From an uncultured virus (IMG/VR IMGVR_UViG_3300046804_004946) (Duplodnaviria; Heunggongvirae; Uroviricota; Caudoviricetes): a stretch of DNA of 57,839 nucleotides. The stretch covers positions 62,001 through 119,839 of the IMG/VR virus record IMGVR_UViG_3300046804_004946. One strand, written 5' to 3'. Shown here piece by piece: positions 47,503-56,138 of this stretch. Position numbers and translations under genes: made by a program. Every line of letters begins with the position of its first letter. Position 1 is the stretch's first letter. The notes beneath the pieces are model-generated. The model had not been told where the DNA came from, searched no databases, and worked only from the letters and a program-made list of their open reading frames with translations.

Positions 47503-47798
47503 GTTTCTTTTGCCACTCCAGGGCCGAGATAGGTTTCGCTGAACTGGAATGGAGCACCTTGTGTCATAATGGAATAATTAGCACCTCTTTGTGGAATGCT
47601 AGGAATGTTGATGTTTGTTCCAGTTACAGTATAAGATTCACCAGTTGTATATTCAACTTGGCGGATTGTTTCTATAATCTTTGTAGTCGATTCGGTTGTT
47701 GCGTTGATTGTACCTCTAGTAAAATTAGGCACAACACTTTCAGCTAGGGCAGGACAAGAAAACCCTAGCAGGAACAACCCTGCTAGGATATGTCTCAT
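47439..47798 (-). CDS. Secreted hypothetical protein
   Basis: Signal peptide ...PALA; VVPNFTRG; APFQFSETYLGPG; C-terminal SVFTQ. Confidence 0.8.
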   Translation of the reverse strand: MRHILAGLFLLGFSCPALAESVVPNFTRGTINATTESTTKIIETIRQVEYTTGESYTVTGTNINIPSIPQRGANYSIMTQGAPFQFSETYLGPGVAKETWIDRTTETQSTTTSISVFTQ

Positions 47799-48286
47799 TT
47801 GAATACGCTCAACTCAATACTACGTTGTGCTGTTGCTGTGGTTCCAGCACCACCTGCAGTAACAGTAGGAACACCTGTAGTTGAAAGAGTACCAGCAAGA
47901 GAACCTTTGTCACCTCCAGGTTGTGTAATCGTATCTCCATAAAGATTTGGAGAACCAACAACACCGTTAGTAACAGTTTGATTGGTTACTGGAACATCAC
48001 CAACAATAGCAGTTTCTGAAAATGTAAATGCTTGACCGTTAGTATTAATACCATAGGTTCCATCAGTAATAGAAGCGGGTGCTGTTGTGGAACCAGTTGA
48101 TAATCCACCAAGGGTGGTTACATCTATATTTGAACCTGAAGCGGAGTATGAACTACCAATTCGTGTTGATTGAATCGCGGCACCATCAACTTTCAATTGA
48201 ACGGAATCAGTAATTCTTGATGTGATTTCAGCAGCATTAACTGGAATAGTGAAGAATAACGAAAAAACTAATAGAAGTCTTTTCAT
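47795..48286 (-). CDS. Secreted Gly/Thr/Ser-rich hypothetical protein
   Basis: Signal peptide ...PVNA; SVQL.VD; RIGSSYS.SGSN; AFTFSE; TAGGAGT. Confidence 0.8.
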   Translation of the reverse strand: MKRLLLVFSLFFTIPVNAAEITSRITDSVQLKVDGAAIQSTRIGSSYSASGSNIDVTTLGGLSTGSTTAPASITDGTYGINTNGQAFTFSETAIVGDVPVTNQTVTNGVVGSPNLYGDTITQPGGDKGSLAGTLSTTGVPTVTAGGAGTTATAQRSIELSVFK

Positions 48287-48343
48287 TTTCTTATGTTGTG
48301 ATAAACACTATTTTTATTTAGGAACAAGTTTTCGTTTGGGGGC

Positions 48344-48396
48344 TTGACAGGGACGGGAAACCGTAGTATGATAAATAGGTAAACAAATGTTACAAG
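48344..48396 (+). promoter_or_regulatory. psbA promoter region: sigma70 promoter, late motif and HLR1-like site
   Basis: TTGACA-17bp-TATGAT; ATAAATA at 48371-48377; GTAAACAAATGTTACAA at 48379-48395. Confidence 0.7.
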
Positions 48397-48427
48397 ATCT
48401 TAATCTTTTGTAACAAGTTCCTCTTTC

Positions 48428-48528
48428 AACCGAGACCTATGGGGAGGTTAAACACAGTCTCTCATATCCCCGCTGAGGGTGCGGGGAGCATAGTATCACC
48501 ACCATTTCCCTGATGGTCCTACTATTCT
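48428..48528 (+). ncRNA. PhotoRC-II-like cis-regulatory RNA in the psbA leader
   Basis: GAGAC...GTCTC; TCCCCGC-TGAGGGT-GCGGGGA; TAGTA...ACCAT-TTCCCT-GATGGT...TACTA, with AGGG/CCCT loop complementarity; directly 5' of psbA. Confidence 0.8.
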
Positions 48529-48539
48529 TTTAAACGATT

Positions 48540-49619
48540 ATGACTGCTTCAATTGCTCAACAACGATCTACTTCCACTTGGGAATCTTTTTGCCAGTGGG
48601 TTACTTCAACGAACAACCGCCTGTATGTGGGTTGGTTCGGAGTCCTGATGATTCCTACTCTGCTCGCTGCAGCAACGTGTTTCATCATCGCCTTCATCGG
48701 TGCTCCCCCTGTGGACATCGACGGCATTCGTGAACCTGTTTCTGGTTCACTAATGTGGGGAAACAACATCATCTCAGGTGCTGTAGTTCCTTCAAGCAAC
48801 GCTATTGGATTGCACTTTTATCCCATTTGGGAAGCCGCATCTCTTGATGAATGGCTCTATAATGGTGGTCCTTTCCAACTGATTGTGTTCCACTTCCTGA
48901 TTGGTATTTACGCCTATATGGGTCGTGAGTGGGAACTTTCCTACCGTCTTGGTATGCGTCCTTGGATCTGTGTTGCATACTCTGCACCTGTTGCTGCTGC
49001 TTCTGCAGTGTTCCTGGTCTATCCTTTCGGTCAAGGTTCTTTCTCTGATGCGATGCCTCTGGGTATCTCTGGCACCTTCAACTATATGCTTGTGTTCCAG
49101 GCAGAGCACAACATCCTGATGCACCCCTTCCACATGCTTGGAGTTGCTGGTGTGTTCGGTGGTTCTCTGTTCAGTGCGATGCATGGTTCTCTGGTTACTT
49201 CCTCGCTGGTTCGTGAAACCACCGAAACCGAATCTCAAAACTACGGTTACAAGTTCGGTCAAGAAGAAGAGACTTATAACATCGTTGCTGCACACGGTTA
49301 TTTTGGTCGCCTGATCTTCCAATATGCTTCGTTCAACAATTCTCGTTCGCTACACTTTTTCCTTGCTGCTTGGCCTGTTGTCGGTATCTGGTTTGCTGCC
49401 CTGGGCGTTTCAACAATGGCGTTCAACCTCAACGGATTCAACTTCAACCAATCTCTGCTTGATAGTTCCAATCGCGTAATTCCTACTTGGGCTGACGTTC
49501 TCAACCGTGCCAATCTTGGTTTTGAAGTGATGCACGAGCGCAACGCTCACAACTTCCCTCTTGACCTTGCTGCTGCAGATGTAACCCCTGTTGCTCTGAC
49601 TGCACCTGCAATCGGTTGA
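48540..49619 (+). CDS. psbA: Photosystem II D1 protein
   Basis: Unmistakable D1 sequence ([35 protein letters not shown]). No intron. Gln at position 130. No adjacent psbD. Confidence 0.99.
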   Translation: MTASIAQQRSTSTWESFCQWVTSTNNRLYVGWFGVLMIPTLLAAATCFIIAFIGAPPVDIDGIREPVSGSLMWGNNIISGAVVPSSNAIGLHFYPIWEAASLDEWLYNGGPFQLIVFHFLIGIYAYMGREWELSYRLGMRPWICVAYSAPVAAASAVFLVYPFGQGSFSDAMPLGISGTFNYMLVFQAEHNILMHPFHMLGVAGVFGGSLFSAMHGSLVTSSLVRETTETESQNYGYKFGQEEETYNIVAAHGYFGRLIFQYASFNNSRSLHFFLAAWPVVGIWFAALGVSTMAFNLNGFNFNQSLLDSSNRVIPTWADVLNRANLGFEVMHERNAHNFPLDLAAADVTPVALTAPAIG

Positions 49620-49645
49620 TATAAAACTGAATAACTGATATAATT

Positions 49646-49672
49646 AAGAGGGTATAACAACCCTCTTTTTTT
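49646..49672 (+). terminator. Terminator after psbA
   Basis: AAGAGGGT-ATAACA-ACCCTCTT-T-run. Confidence 0.75.
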
Positions 49673-49792
49673 ATGTCTCATAAACCCCAACATGAACCTA
49701 TGGAACCCTGGGTAGTCTGGGCAGGTGTAGGAATTATGATGTTTACAGTTATTATATTTCTCATATTTACTCTCAGTTTAATGTATTTTTAG
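49673..49792 (+). CDS. 39-aa single-TM microprotein
   Basis: MSHKPQHEPMEPWVVWAGVGIMMFTVIIFLIFTLSLMYF. Confidence 0.55.
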   Translation: MSHKPQHEPMEPWVVWAGVGIMMFTVIIFLIFTLSLMYF

Positions 49793-49871
49793 TAAATATG
49801 TTCAATTCATAACAATTTAAAGACACTCAAACAAGAACTCCGTATAATTACTTAGGAGTTCTTTTTCTTTT

Positions 49872-50534
49872 ATGAAGATCTTTTTAGACACGGCAGATGT
49901 TGATATGATTGGTCCAGCATATGATACTGGACTATTGGATGGAGTCACTACAAATCCCACCCTCATTCTCAAAAGTGGAAAGCAATTAAAAGAAGTTATT
50001 GAAAACATATCACAATCATTTCCAAATTTAACAAGCATTTCTGCAGAAGTTGTTGCAGATTCTCATGAAGAAATGCTTTCACAGGCACAAAAGTATTACT
50101 CAATTTCCCCAACAGTTACAATTAAAGTTCCCTGCACGGTAGAAGGACTTAAGGCTTGTAAGTTTCTTTCTGATAAAGGAATTCAAGTCAATGTAACTTT
50201 GGTTTTCTCAGTTGCACAAGCAATTCTCGCATCTAAGGCTGGTGCAACATTCATCTCTCCTTTTGTTGGTAGATGGATGGATAATTCAATTGATGGTATT
50301 GAACTTATCAGAAACATTCGTAGGGCATTTGATTATTCTGGAACATTTACACAAATTCTTGCCGCATCTCTTCGTGATGTTAGGCAAGTAGAACAATCGG
50401 CACTAAATGGAGCAGATGTTGCTACAATACCACCAGTTGTTTTTTGGGGAATGTATAAGAACATTATGACTGAGAAGGGATTGGATTTATTCCAAAAAGA
50501 TTGGGATGAAGTTATTAAGAGTAAAGGTGAATAA
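49872..50534 (+). CDS. talC: Transaldolase (TalC/FSA type)
   Basis: IFLDTAD; GVTTNPTL; IKVP; NVTLVFS; SPFVGR; ILAASLR. Confidence 0.96.
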   Translation: MKIFLDTADVDMIGPAYDTGLLDGVTTNPTLILKSGKQLKEVIENISQSFPNLTSISAEVVADSHEEMLSQAQKYYSISPTVTIKVPCTVEGLKACKFLSDKGIQVNVTLVFSVAQAILASKAGATFISPFVGRWMDNSIDGIELIRNIRRAFDYSGTFTQILAASLRDVRQVEQSALNGADVATIPPVVFWGMYKNIMTEKGLDLFQKDWDEVIKSKGE

Positions 50535-51865
50535 TGAAAGGTCTAGTTATATTTGGTGCAACTGGAGATCTCTGTAAGAAGAAACTAATTCCAGCACTTT
50601 ATACTCTTCATAAGAAAGGTCTCTTACCAAAGGACCTGAAGATTATTGGTGCATCTAGGACACAACATTCTAAAGATAGTTGGGTAGAAGTTCTTGGCAA
50701 TTATTCCCAAGAGTTTATTAAGAGACTTGAATATGTTCCTTGTGATTTGAGTGATGCAGAGTCTCTTAAGTCACTGGATTCTTCTGATGATACGACTTAT
50801 TTTCTTTCTGTTCCACCAGAAAGATATGCTGATGCAGTTACAAACCTCAAAGAAGCAGGTAAGGTAGATGACGCAGAAAAATCACGAGTTATTATTGAGA
50901 AGCCTTTTGGCACCGATCTTCAATCTGCTAATTATTTACAATCTGTGGTGGCTGGGTATTTACGCGAAAAACAAGTATATCGCATTGACCATTATCTCGG
51001 TAAAGATACTGTTAATAATATCCTTGCCACCCGCTTTAGCAATATACTTCTGGAGCCACTCTGGAACAGGAACTTCATAGAAGAGGTTCAGATCTTTGCT
51101 ACTGAAACAATCGGTTGTGAAGGTCGTGCCCAGTATTATGATACCGCTGGTGCCGTGAGAGACATGCTTCAGAATCATATGCTCCAGGTGCTTGCTCTGA
51201 TTGCAATGGAACCACCTTGTAGAAATGATGCTAAAGAGATTCGTAGAGAGAAAGTTAAAGTTCTTGCTGCGACAAGACTTGGTGATAATGTGGTTCTTGG
51301 ACAATATGATGGATACAAGAATGAAGAAGGTGTAAAACCCGAATCACAGACACCAACATTTGTTGCTGGTGAGTTGTATGTTGATAACTGGAGATGGAAA
51401 GGAGTTCCTTTTTACTTTATGACTGGTAAAAAAATGCCAGTTGGTTGTGTTGAAGTTGTGATTAAATTTAAAGCACCTCCACAACAATTGTTTGAAGGGC
51501 ATGAATGTAATGATAGAATAGTAATGAGACTGCAACCAGACCCACATCTGGATATGCGGATTGATATTAAGTCTCCTGGACTAAATGATAATGTAGAACC
51601 AGCACTTCTTCAGTATCATTATCCAGTGGAAAAAGCAATTGATGGTTATGTAAAACTTTTTTATGATGCGATTAATGAAGATCAGTCACACTTTGTTCAT
51701 GCAGATGAAGTGTTGGAGTCTTGGAGAATTGTTGATGATCTTCTTTGCACTGGAGATCAATGCCGCATTATGACATTACCATATCTTTATGATGGTGGAA
51801 ATTGGGGACCAATAACTAAAACAGAACTTATTACAAAGTGGGATTATCCACTTAAACTCAAGTAG
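50534..51865 (+). CDS. zwf: Glucose-6-phosphate dehydrogenase
   Basis: FGATGDL; IEKPFG; YRIDHYLGK; RDMLQNH. Confidence 0.97.
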   Translation: MKGLVIFGATGDLCKKKLIPALYTLHKKGLLPKDLKIIGASRTQHSKDSWVEVLGNYSQEFIKRLEYVPCDLSDAESLKSLDSSDDTTYFLSVPPERYADAVTNLKEAGKVDDAEKSRVIIEKPFGTDLQSANYLQSVVAGYLREKQVYRIDHYLGKDTVNNILATRFSNILLEPLWNRNFIEEVQIFATETIGCEGRAQYYDTAGAVRDMLQNHMLQVLALIAMEPPCRNDAKEIRREKVKVLAATRLGDNVVLGQYDGYKNEEGVKPESQTPTFVAGELYVDNWRWKGVPFYFMTGKKMPVGCVEVVIKFKAPPQQLFEGHECNDRIVMRLQPDPHLDMRIDIKSPGLNDNVEPALLQYHYPVEKAIDGYVKLFYDAINEDQSHFVHADEVLESWRIVDDLLCTGDQCRIMTLPYLYDGGNWGPITKTELITKWDYPLKLK

Positions 51866-51874
51866 GAGAAAGAG

Positions 51875-52900
51875 ATGAAAGTAGGACTAATTGGACTCGG
51901 ACGAATGGGAGAAGGAATGTCCCGTCGTATGATGAAAGCAGGCATAGAAGTTTGGGGTTATAGAAGAAATTATGAAAAAGCACAAGAAGCATACGAAAAC
52001 GGATATGTTAATGGTGTTACAACTTCTATACAAAGCCTTGTTCAAGTAGTTAAAAGTTGTGGAACGCAACCAGGAATTTTCCAAATGGTGGTTCCTGCCG
52101 AAACAGTAGAGGAGACGATCAATGAGTTACTACGATATTGTGGTGAAGGAGATATTATTATTGATCATGGCAATAGCAATTTTAAAGACAGTCGGAAAAG
52201 AGCAGAACGCTTGGCAAAACTTGGTATCCAATATATTGATTGTGGCACTAGCGGTGGCGTTTACGGTTTGGATCGTGGATACTGTCTTATGGTTGGTGGC
52301 GGAAATACTGCGGTCGCCACTTGTGCAAGAATTTTTGATGCCCTCGCACCAGGCATCGCATCTGCCCCCAGAACTAACTTTGACTCGGACATAACATCAG
52401 CAGAACACGGTTGGTTACATTGTGGTGGTCCTGGTGCTGGTCACTTTGTAAAGATGGTGCATAATGGCATTGAGTATGGTATTATGCAAGCATATGCTGA
52501 AGGATTCAATATCATCAAGAACGCTAATGCAGGTGCCAAGTATGTCAGAGAAGGAGACGCAGAGGTTGCCCCTATGGCAGATCCAGAAAGTTACTGCTAT
52601 GATATTGACGTTGCTGAGGTTGCTGAGTTATGGCGTCGTGGTAGCGTTGTTGGTAGCTGGTTACTTGACCTTACTGCTGATGTGTTGCGCCGCAGCCCAC
52701 ATCTTTCTAACTTCTCTGGAGGAGTATCCGACAGTGGTGAAGGTAGGTGGACGGTTAATGCTGCTGTGGATTTGGGGGTTCCCGCTCCTGTCATCACCAC
52801 TGCTCTTTATGAAAGATTTAATTCACGCAATCTGGGCACTTTCGCTGCCAAGATTTTAAATGGTATGAGATTTATGTTTGGAGGACATCACGTCCGATGA
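51875..52900 (+). CDS. gnd: 6-phosphogluconate dehydrogenase (short form)
   Basis: GLIGLGRMG; DHGNS; GTSGG; GAGHFVKMVHNGIEYG; FGGH. Confidence 0.97.
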   Translation: MKVGLIGLGRMGEGMSRRMMKAGIEVWGYRRNYEKAQEAYENGYVNGVTTSIQSLVQVVKSCGTQPGIFQMVVPAETVEETINELLRYCGEGDIIIDHGNSNFKDSRKRAERLAKLGIQYIDCGTSGGVYGLDRGYCLMVGGGNTAVATCARIFDALAPGIASAPRTNFDSDITSAEHGWLHCGGPGAGHFVKMVHNGIEYGIMQAYAEGFNIIKNANAGAKYVREGDAEVAPMADPESYCYDIDVAEVAELWRRGSVVGSWLLDLTADVLRRSPHLSNFSGGVSDSGEGRWTVNAAVDLGVPAPVITTALYERFNSRNLGTFAAKILNGMRFMFGGHHVR

Positions 52901-53022
52901 TTACTTCAGAAACTCCATATAAACTTGCGGAAATTATTAGAGACACTTGGCCTGGTCTTTACAGGAAACCTCATGTGTCCTATAATAATCAAAAGACTTC
53001 TAAAAATGAAAAGATACAATGA
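52897..53022 (+). CDS. Small hypothetical protein (41 aa)
   Basis: MITSETPYKLAEIIRDTWPGLYR...; ATGA overlap with gnd. Confidence 0.6.
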   Translation: MITSETPYKLAEIIRDTWPGLYRKPHVSYNNQKTSKNEKIQ

Positions 53023-53314
53023 AGAATATTTTTCAGTATTAAATAAAAAAACTGGAAAAAAACTTTTAGATTGTGGTGACGAACAAGATGCTCTTGCAAT
53101 GGTTTCTATGGATCCAGAGAATAGAATTTATACTCGTAATAAGTTCTTAATGGGTCCTGTTGTGGACATTGAAATTCCAAAGGCACTTCCAACAACCGAA
53201 ATTGTTGCTGTTCACACGGTGCCTTCGGAAAAATTTGATGAGTATATTGATAACTTACTTGAACCTAGGAAATTAAAACTTCCAGAGGGTCAAGGGAAAC
53301 CAGTTGTTGTATGA
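53006..53314 (+). CDS. Hypothetical protein
   Basis: ATG at 53006; EEYFSV..KTGKKLLDCG.E.DA. Confidence 0.7.
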   Translation: MKRYNEEYFSVLNKKTGKKLLDCGDEQDALAMVSMDPENRIYTRNKFLMGPVVDIEIPKALPTTEIVAVHTVPSEKFDEYIDNLLEPRKLKLPEGQGKPVVV

Positions 53315-53496
53315 ACCATCGTAAACGTAAACGAGAACAAAATCAAAAAAATAGAATGTATACGCCAGAAGGATATAATGCAGATCCTCCAGATGCAGTA
53401 TGTCCTTATTGTGGAAAAAAACAAAGATCTTGTTCTTATGTAAATAGTTTAAGTCGTGCTTGGGCAAGGAGTGCTTGTGCTAAAAAATATAGATAG
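53311..53496 (+). CDS. Small Cys-containing hypothetical protein
   Basis: DPPDAVCPYCG...CSYV.SL.RAWAR.AC. Confidence 0.65.
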   Translation: MNHRKRKREQNQKNRMYTPEGYNADPPDAVCPYCGKKQRSCSYVNSLSRAWARSACAKKYR

Positions 53497-54607
53497 AAAA
53501 AAGAAAATTGCAATTGTTGGTGCTGGTAATGCTGCTTCCGCAACAGCACTTTGTCTTTATCGACATGCTTCCGATTTAATTGATAGTATAACAATATATT
53601 ATGATCCTTCTATACCTATAGAAAAAGTTGGACAAGGAACTACCTTAGATTTTCCAGATTATATTTTTACAGTTCTTGGAATTAATTGGCATGAAAATGA
53701 TAATTTGATAAAGGCAACATATAAAAGTGGAATTCTTTATGAGAATTGGGGAAATAAAAAAGAAAAAATATTTCATCCATTTCCTTTAGATACTACTGGA
53801 ATTCATTTTGTTCCTCATTTATTATCTAAAGTAATTTTAGAATGTGGATTGTTTAATGTAGTTGAAAAAAATATAGTTGATCCGGAAAAAGAAATTGATG
53901 CAGATTATATTTTTGATTGTAGGGGTAAAAATAATAGAAATCCAGAATTATATGATAAATTAATTAATCCACTCAATCACGTGATTGTTGGTAAAAAGTT
54001 AAAACCAGATTTAAAATTAAATTATACTAGAACTGTAGCAACTCCTGATGGGTGGACTTTTGTTATTCCAAATCAAGACAGTGTATCTTATGGATATCTG
54101 TTTAATGATAATATAACTAATTTTGAAGAAGCATCAAATAATTTTTTTAATATGTTTAATGTTGATTTAGATTTTGATTTTAAATTTGAAAATTATATTG
54201 CTAAAAATTGTTTTTGTGGTGAAAAAACAATTTTGAATGGGAATAGATTGTGTTTTTTGGAACCATTAGAAGCATCTTCCATGACTTATTATTTGTCTGT
54301 TGTTAGAATTTGTTTAGATTATATTTTTAATAATAAAAGTAAAGAACAATGCAACACAGAAATTAGAAATGAAATGTATAAAATTCAAAATTTTATACTA
54401 TGGCATTACCAATATGGGTCAAAATATGATACGACATTTTGGAAATATGCAAAATCATTAAAATTTGAACCTGATTGTCAATTTAAATTTGCGTTAGATT
54501 ATGCGAAAAATAATACGTTTTTTGATTGTATAACAAAAAGTAAAGGTTTTAGTCAATGGGGATCTGCTAGCATTAAAAACTGGATTGATGGTGTAGAATA
54601 TGATTAA
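53477..54607 (+). CDS. Tryptophan halogenase-like FAD-dependent oxidoreductase
   Basis: IAIVGAGNA; VGQGT; YKSGI.YENW; IFDCRG; GWTFVIP; FLEPLEAS. GTG start at 53477 is inferred. Confidence 0.85.
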   Translation: MLKNIDRKKKIAIVGAGNAASATALCLYRHASDLIDSITIYYDPSIPIEKVGQGTTLDFPDYIFTVLGINWHENDNLIKATYKSGILYENWGNKKEKIFHPFPLDTTGIHFVPHLLSKVILECGLFNVVEKNIVDPEKEIDADYIFDCRGKNNRNPELYDKLINPLNHVIVGKKLKPDLKLNYTRTVATPDGWTFVIPNQDSVSYGYLFNDNITNFEEASNNFFNMFNVDLDFDFKFENYIAKNCFCGEKTILNGNRLCFLEPLEASSMTYYLSVVRICLDYIFNNKSKEQCNTEIRNEMYKIQNFILWHYQYGSKYDTTFWKYAKSLKFEPDCQFKFALDYAKNNTFFDCITKSKGFSQWGSASIKNWIDGVEYD

Positions 54608-55565
54608 CGTATTATTTTTTTCCAGAAATTGTAGGGAAGAAGTGTGGGAATATGATTTCATTATGAATAGTATTTTACCAAAAGAAATTGAAAAAAGTAT
54701 ATATTTTTTAGATTTAGAACAAGTTAGAAATTCGGAAAAACAATTTGATGTTTTTGTTTATAGTTGTAGAGATCCTAAAAAATATGAATGGGGATATATG
54801 CCAACATATGAAGAAACCTTGGAATGTGTTTTAAAAATAAAACCTAAGGTTATAATTCAATTGTCTGACGAATATTCTCACGAAAATTTGGAGATACATA
54901 ATAGTCTTTCTTTGCACTGCAATTTAATGTTAAGGCAGCATAATCATAGTGAATTTAGAAATGTTCAATTTGGAACAGGTATCCCAAAATTTGAAAATTT
55001 AATTCACATGCCTCTTGGATATTTAAATGATACTCATATTAACAAAAATGATATAATACCTATGTGTAATAGAAAGTTAAATTGGTCTTTTGTTGGTGCT
55101 ATAAAAGACTATCAATTTTATTATTATGATTTTACGTATGAAAAATGGCTTCCAACAACTGATAGGGGGAAGATGATTGATATATTTTCATCTAATGTTG
55201 ACAATTATATTTTTAAAGAAAGTGGAGTAAGTAAAAAACAGTTGGTTGATCTCTATAATAATTCTATATTTGTTCCGTGTGGGAGAGGTAATACATCATT
55301 AAATTGTTTTAGGAATTATGAATGTACTATTTGTGGAGCAATACCTGTTGTTGTTGAAAGATTTCCAAATGAAATATCAATCGTATTTAACTTTTTAGAA
55401 CATCCTCCTTGGTTATATGCAAGTTCTTGGGAAGATGCTGTAGTTAAATGTAATAACCTATTAAAATATCCTGAAAAATTGCAAGAAATGCAAGAAAAAA
55501 ATTTAAATTGGTGGAACAATTTAATGAATCAAATTGCAAATAAAGTTAAAGATGCATTATTATAA
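54600..55565 (+). CDS. Exostosin/GT47-like glycosyltransferase
   Basis: LSDE; PLGY; WSFVG; FVPCGRGN..CFRNYE...GAIPVV; WW near the C-terminus. Confidence 0.7.
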   Translation: MINVLFFSRNCREEVWEYDFIMNSILPKEIEKSIYFLDLEQVRNSEKQFDVFVYSCRDPKKYEWGYMPTYEETLECVLKIKPKVIIQLSDEYSHENLEIHNSLSLHCNLMLRQHNHSEFRNVQFGTGIPKFENLIHMPLGYLNDTHINKNDIIPMCNRKLNWSFVGAIKDYQFYYYDFTYEKWLPTTDRGKMIDIFSSNVDNYIFKESGVSKKQLVDLYNNSIFVPCGRGNTSLNCFRNYECTICGAIPVVVERFPNEISIVFNFLEHPPWLYASSWEDAVVKCNNLLKYPEKLQEMQEKNLNWWNNLMNQIANKVKDALL

Positions 55566-55689
55566 AAAATATATTCAAAATTTTAAATTTTTTTTAGAAA
55601 GAGATTCTGACATTACTTATTATGAAGAGTTTCATTATATTTTTATAACTCTAAAAGAAACTGCAAAAATACTATTAAAGATTAAATAA
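55552..55689 (+). CDS. Small hypothetical protein (45 aa)
   Basis: MHYY...ERDSDITYYEEFHYIFITLKE; read manually. Confidence 0.4.
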   Translation: MHYYKKYIQNFKFFLERDSDITYYEEFHYIFITLKETAKILLKIK

Positions 55690-55713
55690 ATAAGTATAAG
55701 TTATATTTTCTTT

Positions 55714-56085
55714 ATGGAATTGTTTCATTCTTCCGAATGTTATTTGTACAATCTTGAAACTACTTCATCAAATAAAGCAAAAAAAATTTGGAAAGAAGCA
55801 ATAAAAGAAAAATGGAATTATGAGTGTGCTTATTGTGGATCTAAAACTGATATTACATTAGATCATGTAATTCCTCAATCGTTTGGTGGACTTGACGTTT
55901 CAACTAATATTGTTTGTTGTTGTAAAACTTGTAATCATGATAAAGGACATAAAAAATGGGATGAATGGTTTTTTAAAAAAGAGTTTTTTTCGGAGAACAA
56001 ATATAATAAAATAAGTGATTGGATTACTAAAAAACAAGTAAAAGAATTGTATCCATATAGATTGAGGAGGAATAATTGTACTTAA
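55714..56085 (+). CDS. HNH endonuclease
   Basis: CAYCG...TLDHVIP..GG...NIV.CC..CNH.KG. Confidence 0.9.
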   Translation: MELFHSSECYLYNLETTSSNKAKKIWKEAIKEKWNYECAYCGSKTDITLDHVIPQSFGGLDVSTNIVCCCKTCNHDKGHKKWDEWFFKKEFFSENKYNKISDWITKKQVKELYPYRLRRNNCT

Positions 56086-56138
56086 ATAAATATACATAAC
56101 AGAGAATTTTTTGATTTATCAGCGAGAGAAATCATCTA

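Noticed and set aside
48379..48393. NtcA box at the psbA and hli promoters
   Set aside because: Spacing is GTA-N9-TAC, not N8; an HLR1-like direct repeat fits better.
48557..49543. Antisense ORFs within psbA (and similar ones in nrdA, gp41, the porin gene and zwf)
   Set aside because: Expected shadows of biased codon usage; no start context or recognisable motifs.
55714..56085. HNH gene as a homing endonuclease or mobile element
   Set aside because: It is a short stand-alone HNH with no extra DNA-binding domain, intron or flanking repeats, so mobility is unsupported.
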